Source: Eledone cirrhosa (lineage: Eukaryota). Taken from it: a DNA stretch of 64,000 bases. The notes under the pieces were generated by a model. That model was not told the origin of the DNA. It ran no database searches and saw only the letters and a program-made list of their open reading frames with translations. Shown piece after piece: positions 52,943 through 64,000 of this stretch; the stretch's first letter is position 1; each line of letters begins with the position of its first letter. The DNA lies in NCBI GenBank assembly GCA_964016885.1, contig OZ024745.1, forward strand, positions 120,962,001 to 121,026,000, read 5' to 3'. Made by a program: the position numbers and the translations under genes.

Positions 52943-54800
52943 GCAGCAGGGACAGGCAGATAGTGTCTAATACCAAGGCATACCCTGGGGAAGAATGTAC
53001 CCCACAGCATAGGTTAGTCGTTAGTGATATCTCAGTAAGCAAGAGATGGAATGAGACATACAGGAAGGTGTGGAGAGCTAAAAGACCTTTCACTAAAATA
53101 CAAATTTAGGAAAGCCCTTCAAGATGTATATGACGAAAAAGAAGACGATTTAGAGATGTATGACATAGGTAATAACTGGAATTTCTTACGTGACAACTTG
53201 CTGCAGGCTACTGATGAAACTTGTGGCTGGAGCAGAGCTCCAACCAGACAGAGAGTGACCTGGTGGTGAAACAGCACAGTAGATAAGGCCATTAATGACA
53301 AAAGACTAGCATGGAAGGCTTGGAAAAAGGGTGGGAGTAGGGAAGAATATACAGCCGCTAAGAGAGAAGCTAGACGTCACGTGTACTTAGCACGCAGGGA
53401 GGCTGAGAGTAGGAGGTTTGCCAATGTTCTGCGACGGGAAAATCAGAGGGGTGCGGTGTTCCACATTGCAAGGCAGTATGTCAATGCAAATCAGGATGTT
53501 GTTGGAGATAAATGTGTCCAGGATGATGCCGGTGTACTTAGTGTCACGAATGATCAGAAAAAGGAGGCCTGGAAATGTAATTATGAGAGACTGATGAATG
53601 TGGAGAACGATTGGGAGAGAGAGAAATTACCCTTAGTAGATCCGACAGAGGGACCAGCTATTAAGATTGACGAATATAGGGTGCAAGAGGCGATTAAGGA
53701 AATGAAAAATGGTAAGGCTGCTGGACCATCGGGAATAGTTGCTGAGATGCTGAAGGCATCAGGGGACGTAGGCACTAAACTGGTTGCACGCATCATCAAT
53801 CGGGCTATATATGGTGGTGTCATACCCAAAGACTGGTGCAGCAGTATTCTCATAAATTGCTACAAAGGTAAAGGGGATGCTCTGGAGAGGAGCAATTATA
53901 GGGGTATAAAACTGATGGATCAGGTTATGAAAGTGGCAGAAAGGATATTAGCACAACTAATTAGAGAAAGGGTCAAACTAGATGCAGTTTGGTTTTGTGC
54001 CTGGGAAGAGTACAACAGATGCCCTCTTCTTGGTGAGACAATTGCAAGAGAGGTTCCTAGAGAAAAATAACCCACTATACTTAGCCTTTGTTGACCTAGA
54101 GAAGGCCTTTGATAGGGTACCCCGATCTGTCATCTGGTGGTCCCTAATGAAGCTAGGTGTTGAGGAATGGCTTGTGAGGACAGTGCAAACTTTGTACAGA
54201 GGTACTCTCAGTAAAGTCAAGGTAGGAATGCAGTTTAGTGAGGAATACATCAAGGTTCAGTCCTCAGCCCGCTCTTGTTCATTATAGTCCTCCAAGCCAT
54301 AATAGAGGAGTTTAAGACTGGCTGTCCATGGGAACTTCTCTATGCTGACGATCTGATTCTTATAGCAGAATCAGTAGAGGAGCTAGAGAATAAATTCTGG
54401 CTATGGAAACAGCAGTTGGAAGCAAGAGGACTGAGAGTGAACCTAGCTAAGACAAAGTGTTGATGAGTAGAAAAGAGGACAAAACCCTGATTCCGACAAA
54501 GCATAAATGAATTGAGAGAGAGATTGAGCATAAGAGGAATCAAATGCTGCGCGCAGGAGAGGCGGTTGCGCTGGTATGGACATGTGATGCGTATGAAGGA
54601 TGACAGCTGCATAAAAAGGTGCAGAGCACTAGAAGTTGATGGAAACCGCGGAGTGGGGAGACCCAAGATGACCTGGGATGAGGTGATAAAAGCCGACCTT
54701 ACCCAATTACACCTCTCAAAGACAATGACACACGACCGTGACTTCTGGCGTCACACAGTAATACAGAGTACCCAACCTCCCATGGGTACATGCTGAAGCA
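52943..54800 (+). mobile_element. RTE-clade LINE with internal deletions
   Basis: ORFs with KGKGDALERSNYRGIKL, AFVDLEKAFD, LLYADDL and RRLRWYGHV. The PHD region is deleted near 54490. Confidence 0.92.
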
Positions 54801-55109
54801 TATAAACAATATGCCCCCACACCCCCCACCGCAAGGTGGTCGTGGAGGTGCCACAGCAAAAAAGCACCCAACCCACACTGTAAAGTGGACGTGTAGGCGC
54901 CATGAAAAAGCACCCAGCACTCACTGTAAATGAGGTTGGTGTTAGGAAGGGCATCCAGCTGTAGAAATCAAGCCAAATCAGTTCCTGTATGAGCAAGGCA
55001 TGGTCAGCCGACCAGACACTGCCCACAACAGGATAACCCGTCTAACCCGTGCTAGCGTGGAAGAACGGACATAAAACAATGATGATGATGATGATATATG
55101 TATGTATGT

Positions 55110-55151
<42 letters not shown>

Positions 55152-55295
55152 GTATAAATCTACATACAAACATATATATATATAAATACGTGAGGGCGGC
55201 CGACAGGTAGGAGCTGCTAAATGGTCAGTTGCCCTCATGTCTCTGATTTTCAGCCCCATGGATTTTGTCTATTATATTCCTTTGTTATATTTCGA

Positions 55296-55353
55296 ATACC
55301 TGATGATATCACCGGATTCATACTGAACCCAGTCATTGAAATGATCATAGTAT
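55296..55353 (+). ncRNA. hammerhead ribozyme motif
   Basis: atac-CTGATGA-tatcaccggattca/tgaacccagtcatt-GAAA-TGATCA-TA-gtat. Perfect ATGATCAT palindrome, followed by AATAAA; stem II has several mismatches. Confidence 0.72.
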
Positions 55354-55946
55354 AATAAACCTTTTTTTGAATTACACCAGTCCAGCCTCCTGTTATTTTA
55401 TAATAATTAACTCTGTACTCGCACCACCAACTACACAAACGAAGACGGGTGAGTTGCATTACGTTGAGTGCTCTCCATAGAATTACATCGAGGTTGACCA
55501 TACGGAATGACCAGTTCTATCCAGTGGTGAACCAACAAACCTAAATATATATATATATAAATCTACATACATATATATATATACAGTATTTTCCGTTGTG
55601 TTGTAATATAAATATTACACACAGTAGATTATCAGCTCACGTAGAGTTTGCTCGACGGTTCCAGTTGTAGTTCCAAAAGTAAAACAATCTCTTCTCAACA
55701 TATATTAATAACCTTAAATTACCATACTAATAATGAAAAGATATGCTGATGAGAATAGGTACAAATATGCGATAATGAATGTGTCTAAAAACGTCCATAA
55801 GTATGTATATATATGTGAAAATGTATATAAATAAGTAAATATATATATATGTTTGATGTGTATAGTTAGATGTAAGTGTATTCATGTATTAAAGTGCTTA
55901 TATATATATATATGTATGTGTGTGTATGTATATATGTGTATATGTG

Positions 55947-55988
<42 letters not shown>

Positions 55989-56567
55989 AGTATATATATA
56001 TATATATATATATGTGTATGTATGTATGTGTATATGGATGTGTATGTGTGTACACATGGACTAGAGTATGTATGTATATATGTGTGTGTCTATACGTGTG
56101 TATATATAAAGATAAGTTGAGTATGAAAATGTATACACATGAGCGCGTATGTATGTACATGAATACATGTGTGTATATATATGTGTATGCATGTGTATAT
56201 ATATGTAAGTATGAATATGTGAATTGTGAATATATGTATTTTGTAGAGGTGTGCAAATATATTTGTGTGTGAATGCGTGGGTGAAAGAATACGTACACTT
56301 GAAAGAAAAATTTAAGTCTGAATGTTAAGTGCAAACACAAAACCAACCACGCATATCTTTACTATCTCTAATCCTTCTATAGATTTAGAAAAATAACCAA
56401 TAATATATTCTATAAAAAATGTCAAAACAACAGATGGGAATCTAATTACTCACTGCCACCAAGAATTCTCACTGCTATCGAAAAACCACTCCTTCAACTA
56501 TTCTTCTAACAACTTCACCCCTCCCTCCTAATATTCTCTATAAAAACTAAATAGGTCCTCAGTAATA

Positions 56568-56684
56568 TTATTCTGATGAAATGACAGTAAATAATAACAT
56601 TGAAATATTGAATGTCTGCATAACTAAAAGTTTGTAGATAGCTGTTTTAGGTTATGTAACTGTTATAGAAACACGTGTCAATAA
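56568..56684 (+). ncRNA. hammerhead ribozyme motif with about 88-nt stem II
   Basis: ttatt-CTGATGA-aatgacagt...actgttata-GAAA-CACGTG-TC-aataa. Perfect ACACGTGT palindrome and GUC triplet. Confidence 0.72.
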
Positions 56685-56720
56685 ATTCCTTTCAACTAAA
56701 CTGTATCCATTCAAATCTTT

Positions 56721-56759
<39 letters not shown>

Positions 56760-57012
56760 AAAATCTACATACATACATACATATATATATATAAATCTAC
56801 ATGCATACATATCATCATCTTCGTTTAACGTCCATTTTCCACGCTAGCATGGGTTAGACAGGAGTTGTCCCACTTGAGGCAAGGTTGGTCGGGTGACCGT
56901 GTCTCGCTTAAATAGGACTATCTGGCAGGTTTTCTACGGCTGGATGCCTTTCCTAACACCAACCACATTTACAGTGTGGAACTGAGAACTTTTTACCGTG
57001 TTACCTACTACG

Positions 57013-57053
<41 letters not shown>

Positions 57054-57539
57054 CTACATACATACATATATATATATAAATCTACATACATACATACATA
57101 TATACATACACTTACGTATGTATATAGCTATGCATTTATACATTTGTATATATACATGTATCTATATTTAAGTGCGTAAGGATATATATATGTGTGCGTA
57201 ATATATATATCGAGCCCTCTTTGGATTTTAGTCTTCAAATTTATTATTATTACTATATATATATATACAGAAAAGTTGTTCGCGGGCCACATGTTTGAGC
57301 CCCCTGTTGGAGATAGATAGATAGATACATAAATAGATTTCTTAATCTCTCTGTCCCTCCCTCTTTCTCTCTTCATTTATATATATATATATATATATTT
57401 CGTTTCTGAATTTGTTTAGCAAGATTCTTTATCTGAAATCGTGTGTTGAAACCGATATTGTTATACTTTGGGAGGGTGATGTTGCCAATAAGAAACACAT
57501 GCACCAGTTGCTTTCACTTCAATTTATTATAAATTTATA

Positions 57540-58250
57540 AATTTCTGGTTGGTTGGTTGGTTCCACAACCAGATAGTTGTTTATATATAGTCATAGTTCT
57601 TTCGTCACACACTCTGTGACCTCTTCAGTGACTGGGGATTCCTTTCTTTGTTTCTGTGCCTCTCCTTTGTTCTGTCCTACGCCATTTTGTTTCTGTGTGT
57701 GTGTTGTGTGCTCAGTCTGCGCATGTGCCACATCCGGGTGTCTGTGTGTGTTTATGTTCATTTATTTATTTGTTTATTTACATGTTACTGGTTGGTTGTT
57801 TGTTCTATGTGTGCGTGTGTTTTCATTTTGTCCTTAATTGTAAGTTGTGATGTTGCTGTTCCACTCATATTTTCTATTTAATTTTGGTTGTAATTCTTTT
57901 ATGTTTATTGCCTCTGTAATTTGTCTAAACATTGCGTCTTTTCTGTGTGTAGATTCTATTTTTATTTCTATGTTCTCTAATTTACCCTTGTGTTCTATCT
58001 TAGCATGTTGGTAGAGTACAGATGATTCTTTATCTTGAAGGTCTCGCCAGTGTTCATTTATCCGTTCCCCTACACTACAAGCTGTCTCACCTATGTACAC
58101 TATATTTTTGTCTCTACATTGTCCTTCAGTACATCTTATGCTATACACTACATTTCTAGTTTTACAGTTAATATGGGGGCTTATTTTACAGGTTATACAT
58201 TTCTTATCTATACATGAGGGTCTTTGAAAAGGGTATGTCTTGCTAATAAG
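57540..58250 (-). mobile_element. Penelope-like element 3' fragment (Cys knuckle, GIY-YIG endonuclease, pLTR)
   Basis: ORF 57834-58148 YSIRC...VYIGET...RINEH...EAINIKELQPKLNR is a GIY-YIG domain. Upstream CIDKKCITC knuckle in a shifted frame; hammerhead downstream. Confidence 0.88.
57589..57633 (-). ncRNA. minimal hammerhead ribozyme in Penelope pLTR
   Basis: agtca-CTGAAGA-g-gtcac(agagtgt)gtgac-GAAA-GAAC-TA-tgact, about 200 nt downstream of the GIY-YIG ORF on the same strand. Confidence 0.78.
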
Positions 58251-59015
58251 TTAGTCTTAGCAAGACATACCCACTAATCTACTGATATCAAAATCAGTAG
58301 TATATAGAAAAATAGGGTGGGGGGCGTTTCGTGATTTCGAGGGGCAAAAGGGGGCGTTTGGCCGAAATGGGTTGAGAACCTTTGCTCTACATCATAGACA
58401 CACTCAAGCTATTTCTGGATTTTGGTGCCAAAAGTTGAAAAACATAAAATTCTGTTGTCACAAATGAATTACAGACAGGATTTTCACATAACATTATAAA
58501 CAACAATAACAACAGACACCAAGGATATATGACAAGGATTGTCTTGAAAAGTCTTGGAAATATATTTTCTAAAGATAACAGAAAGAATTAATAAACTAAG
58601 AACAAACCAGAAGAAAATCATTAAAAGTGAAGTATTAAATATCATCATATGTCTGCTTTTTATGCTGACATGGATTAAACAGGTTATCATAGACCAAGAC
58701 TAGCCATGTCAGAGTGACCCCATGTTGCTCATATGTTCCTTATTTGGTATGGTTTCTACAGCTGGATACCTTTCCTATTATCAACTATCTTACAGAGTGC
58801 ACTGTGTGCATCTTCTCATGATGGCAACAGCACTAGAGAGGTTGTCATATGCTTGTCCACATGAAATGTCCTCGCACACCCTTTATATTTTCCATTCAAT
58901 ATATGTGTGTGTGTATACACACACACATATATATATATATGTATATATATATAAAGTGAAATGACGGGAGGCCAAATATGCTGAATTTCCTTAATTTTTT
59001 TTTTTATTACTGTAA

Positions 59016-59073
59016 ACACTATGCACATTTCAGTGGCCAGGTTGCGTAAGAACGTGGTCACCTCATCAGGTGC
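59016..59073 (-). ncRNA. hammerhead ribozyme motif
   Basis: gcac-CTGATGA-ggtgacca...tggccact-GAAA-TGTGCA-TA-gtgt, followed by AATAAA. Confidence 0.75.
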
Positions 59074-59281
59074 AAATTGCATAATAGATGTATACCAACA
59101 GAATGATGGAAACAAGCAAAGAAAAAACAGAGAGGAAAAAGTGTGTGCTGTGCTTTTGACCAATTCTACCCAGTGTATATATATATATATATATATACAT
59201 ATATATAACCTTAAGACATTGAACCATATGAAGGAGGTAACAAAACTCAGCTGAACAACAATATGGCATAATACAAAAAAC

Positions 59282-59315
<34 letters not shown>

Positions 59316-61207
59316 TGTTCTATACACGTATTCTTTAGATCAGTATTCTCACAAATTGTACACAGTTCTCTCTATATGATCATGATCATGATGATGGTGG
59401 TGGTCTCTACCTCAAAAGGAACTCCTCACACAAACAGTTAGCCAGCATAACCCTTTCTTCTGAAAAACAAACGCCCACCCACTAAAACAATTAAATTAAA
59501 TTAAAAATAGATGATACGTCCAGTTTATAGATGAGTAGCTGGCTATAAAACATACGCAATAGCCATTCATACGATCATAATTCAACCAGAAGACACTGAT
59601 GTGACTGATCATAAAGAGGCAACAGTTGATTAAAATATTAATAAGAAGAGAAGCAATAAACCATGCAATAAATGAAGAAGCTGTTGTTAGTGAAGATTAT
59701 GCCATCATCATGATCATTTTATGTCTGTTCTTCAAAAGAGCGGAAGAACTCATAAGAGTCAACAGCCATCTAAAACAAAACAAAAAAATCCTACCAAATC
59801 AGTGGGTGGCATTATTTCCAGCTGCACACATCAAAAGACTGGTGTAGTGGTTCTGAGAACAATGCGGCTTTGCAGATGATCAATGCTGCAAATTGACAAT
59901 GGAAAGGTGCTCCCGCTCGAGTTAGAAGAGAACTATTGACCTTCAGGAGAAGCAGCAACCCTTGATTGTATTCAGCAACTGAAACAAATATGAAGTATAC
60001 CAAATCTAATGCTCCTAGGGGCGGCCCTGGTTCTTCTTATTTGCGAGTGTAAACTCAGCCAGATCAGAGATTAGATTAGATCTTCAATATTAACATGGGT
60101 TGGATGATTCAGATATTATGGATCATAGCATTTTACTGTAATTAATTAACCCTTTAGCATTTATATTACTCTATATATATTATTGTATTTTTGTGGTAAA
60201 AGCTTTACCTAGCCTAATTATCTCACAATATCGAACCTACAAGATTTTATTATTTATTTTGAGAACAATACCTTAACATCAGTAACTAAACCTGGTTCTC
60301 CCATACAAAACTGTTTATCTTAACCCTTTAGCATTTACATTACTCTATATTTACTATTATATTTTCACAGCAAACTCTTTATTTCACATAATTATCTCAC
60401 ATAATATTGAGTTTATGAGATTTTGATATCATTTATTTTGAGAACAATACTTTAATATCAGTACGAGTGGCTGGTGCAGCCGGTTTGAACAGAAAGAGTT
60501 TAGAGAATTCTGGCCGGATATAGCCGGTTTAAATGATTAAATGCCGGTTTAAATGATTAAACAATGATGATATATATAGGCATAAATCGCTGTGTTCTCT
60601 TTCAATGACAAGGATAAATGCTCAAGCACAAGGATAGCTGATGTAGTCTGGAAACTTAAGTACAGCAACACAACATAAATTTGAATGGAACATTCTCAAA
60701 CGTGCTGCACACTATTCTGTGGGCAGATGACAGTGTGTCTTGTGAATGAATGTGATAGTTGGTAACTCTAAAAGCTTGTCATTTGCATGTATACGTGTAT
60801 ATCTTCCCCTCCAAAACTCCATTAAATCAATGAATCTCTGCCATACTAAAAGGTATGGGTTGGCATTAGGAAGGGCATTTAGCGATAAAAAATTTGCCAC
60901 GGATGAGGCAGGTTAAATCATATACTAATTCTAATCATTGTTAAACATCCGTTTTCCCTGCTAACAATGGGTGGACATGTTATTACAGACTGGTCAGCAC
61001 TCAAACAAATCCTCTGACCTCCAGATGCTTATCATATGATCCTGTACTGAATTTATTTTATTGTGACATCAACACTAAGGAAATTGTCATGCCTTTGACA
61101 CGACTGAAGAGTCCTTCAAATCCTGTTTGACAGGTTTTCTACAGCTGGGTATCCTTACTAACACCAACACTTTGTTGGACAAGTTTCTATGGGTAGTTTC
61201 ATTCATT

Positions 61208-61543
61208 TCATCATCATTTCATTTTACGTCCACTTTTCCCTGCTTGCAAGGGTGGGACGGGAACTGATTCTGGCTTCATTTCTACAGCTGGATGCCCTTC
61301 CTAACACCAACCTCGTTTACAGTGAGTGCTGGGTGCTTTTTTGCCGTGGCACCTCCACGACCACTTTGCAGTGGAATGATAGGGACTCAAGTCCCTATCA
61401 TCTCATTTCTACAGCTGAGTAAACTGGAGCAATGTGAAATAAAGTGCCTTGCTCAAGGAAACAACACATCACCCGGTCTGAGAATTGAACTCACAACCTT
61501 TCGATTGCAAGGCCAATGCTCTAACCACTAAGCCATGTGCCTC
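61208..61543 (-). mobile_element. SINE family 2, close inverted copy of 47581-47920
   Basis: Reverse complement aligns end to end with few substitutions. Confidence 0.85.
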
Positions 61544-62889
61544 CATTAGGTATATATTTTTAAATGTCCACCAAGTAGTTGAAATATACTTTAAATAAAC
61601 ACGTAACTTAACTCTCTCTCTCTCTCTCTCTTTGTGTATATTTTTGGGTGGGAGTTTGCTGAAGTGACTTGTCTTAAATGAGATAAACTGTCTAACAGGC
61701 TAGCATGGAAAATACTAATGATGATGATGATGATTCATGAGAAAAAAAAAATTAGTTTAAAGAAACAGTATTTTTTACATCAAGTACTGGATACCCTTTT
61801 CCTCTTTTGTTGACAAACTAACATGCTTGTGTGTGTGTGCATGTATGTGTGTTCATTTATATTTTAAACTAATGAGTTATGACTACTGCAGCACCATGTA
61901 GTCAGCTACAATCTTCACTCTGTAGATAGCGTTGCATAAATGAGGGAATTTGATACTGATGCTTTCTTATGTGTATCCTGCTATGATGTAGGTTCAGCTG
62001 GGATCATAAACAGCAGAATGTTCATGTGTGTCTGAATATTTTGACAAGTATATGTATTTTAGGGCCAAGACATTGACATGCTGAAGTGTTTTTGAATGCT
62101 AACCTACTGGCAGTATCTGGTCTTAACTTTACATAAAGGGGAAGAAACTTGAAAATATACAGTAGAGTTCCTTTAGGAATTTGAATATCTTACAGTATCT
62201 AGTGAGAAAGCACATAGCCTAGTGGTTAGGGTATGAGACTCATGACCATAAGGTTGTAGGGGTTCAATACCTGACCAAGCGGTATGTTGTGTCTTGAGAA
62301 AAATACTTTATATAATGTTGCTCCTTCTACCAGGAGTTCCGACCAGCAAATAATGTCAGCAATGGAAAGAATAATGGAAACATTGCTTCCTTAGTCCAAT
62401 CTGATATTTAGCTCCTTTCCTTTTCAATGTCCAAATTTAGTGCTACTCCTTACAAGATTTTCCAGATATATATTACAGCCTATCTTTCTCTTCTTCAATC
62501 TAGAGAATAGTGTTAATCTTTTCAACTTCCTGTAGCTTCTCTGTTGCATAAAAGCATTCCCCTTGGTTTAACCCTTTCATTACCATATTTCTAATGAAAG
62601 ATACTGCATATGTCATTAACTCTTTCATTACTATCTATAAAGGGAGGAGTGTGGGATAGCGTCCGGTTTATATCTTTTAATCCAGTTATACATACATCTA
62701 TATGTATGAGTATATAAATACACGCTCATGGACATACATTCACACAAATACATATTGTTACACAAACACATACATTCACACATATACATTTATACAAACA
62801 CACACATACAGTCATACAGCCATGATAGCAGCATTCAAGAGTAAAATGAAGTACAACTTTTTATTTATTAATGAACAACACAGTTTAAC

Positions 62890-63140
62890 TTTTTTTTTTT
62901 TTTTTTTTTTTTTATAACTCATTTGTATAAAAATTTAATATAATGGTTACAGAACGAAAACACAAACAAATATGATATATACAAAGGAAAGGGAAAGGAA
63001 AAAAATGAAAGAGAAAAAAAACCTAACTACGTAATACACACATCTAAGACCACATAGAACAAAATACAGGCGAAAGGGGTGGACAAACGAGCCGCTACCA
63101 GAGCAACACTATATAGCAAGGAGCACTGGGAAACCCAAAG
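62890..63140 (-). mobile_element. poly(A)-tailed retroposed 3' end
   Basis: T24 tract on plus; on minus, ATTAAA lies about 20 nt before the poly(A). Source unidentified. Confidence 0.45.
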
Positions 63141-63589
63141 GGCAGTTTTTTTGCTAATATTTCTAATGAAAGATACTGCCTATGTCATTAACCCTTTCAT
63201 TACCAAATTTCTAATGAAAGATACTGCCCTTGATTTTCAAAGTTTTATTGTGATATTGCCACAACCACCTGACAAGGAGGACAGGATTTTTATTGTGCTA
63301 ACAGTACTACAACTTTACAGGGTGGTTAGGTGCTTTATATCCACTGAACAAAGTGGGCTGGATGCTTTTTGTATCACCAGCCATGATGGTGAGGCAGTCA
63401 TATAGTATGGCTGGGGGTAAGCGATTAAGCTGCAAGCTGCTTGATGAGGGAAGGTATAAGCAGGAGAGGTGACCTTAAACGTTAACATATGGCTGACATC
63501 TTTCCATGCTGAAATGAATTGGACAAGGCATGGAGGAATCAGGGTGGGTAGAAGAATAAGGAGGGTTGAGAATGACATATATACAAATA

Positions 63590-63748
63590 CAGTGAAACTC
63601 CGTTATAACAAAATTTATGGGGTATAAAAAGAAATTTGTTGCAACAAAAAATTCCTAACAAATCGAACATATGACCGAGGGCCGAAAAAAATGTTGTTAT
63701 ACTGAAAAATATGTTATAATGGTATTCATTATAACAAAATTTTACCTG
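63590..63748. mobile_element. Tigger/pogo-like MITE
   Basis: TA|CAGTGAAACTCCGTTATAAC ... ATTATAACAAAATTTTACCTG imperfect TIRs. Confidence 0.6.
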
Positions 63749-63769
63749 TGTGTATATATATATATATAT

Positions 63770-63960
63770 AGACGGTAGCCACGGAATAGGCAGACCCAGA
63801 AAAACCTGGGACGAGCTGATAAATTCCGACCTCACACACTTACACCTCACCAAGACAATGTCACTGGACCGAGACCTTTGGCGGTACTCAGTAATAGAGA
63901 AGACCCGCCTTACCTAAATACAAAGTAAAACCTACTACAGTCAGTAGGCATCTCTAACAA
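63770..63960 (+). mobile_element. RTE LINE extreme 3' fragment
   Basis: Highly similar to 31294-31480. Confidence 0.85.
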
Positions 63961-64000
63961 AATACACCCCCGTCCCACCACCCCCACCCCATCCACACCG

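Larger units (their letters stand above)
52311..58384. mobile_element. hAT element expanded by nested insertions
   Basis: Perfect 14-bp TIRs CAAAGGTTCTCAAC / GTTGAGAACCTTTG; 8-bp TSD ctcagcat/ctctacat (6 of 8 match). The flanking 40-bp minisatellite resumes after the right TIR. Confidence 0.72.

Noticed and set aside
55742-55799. tatg-CTGATGAG...aaaacgtc-cata
   Set aside because: The GAAA core is missing, so it is counted only as a decayed hammerhead.
56573-56610. Possible SECIS (Naiad selenoprotein-type) near a hammerhead
   Set aside because: ATGA and GA are present, but I could not build the required helix and apical AA spacing.

Overview
AT-rich, microsatellite-laden animal genomic DNA, not prokaryotic. 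The repeat content (RTE LINEs, two tRNA-derived SINE families, Penelope-like elements, Helitrons, (TA)n/(CAT)n tracts) suggests a cephalopod such as Octopus, which is inference. The only host gene I can support is the 5' part of an SLC23/NAT (nucleobase-ascorbate transporter) gene on the minus strand: three phase-compatible coding exons at 11946-11788, 8551-8394 and 6186-6101, with the rest probably left of the window. Almost everything else is transposon debris (RTE, CR1, CRE, Penelope, Helitron, hAT, piggyBac, Tigger, mariner), often nested, plus minisatellites. The main non-obvious signal is nine type-I minimal hammerhead ribozyme motifs (CUGANGA...GAAA-palindrome-UH with a closing stem I) on both strands. 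They include a mirror-image pair in a 247-bp palindrome and variants with long stem-II inserts. There is also an unexplained 11-unit array of hairpin-forming repeats at 38969-39744. All alignments and folds were done by eye, so repeat boundaries are approximate.
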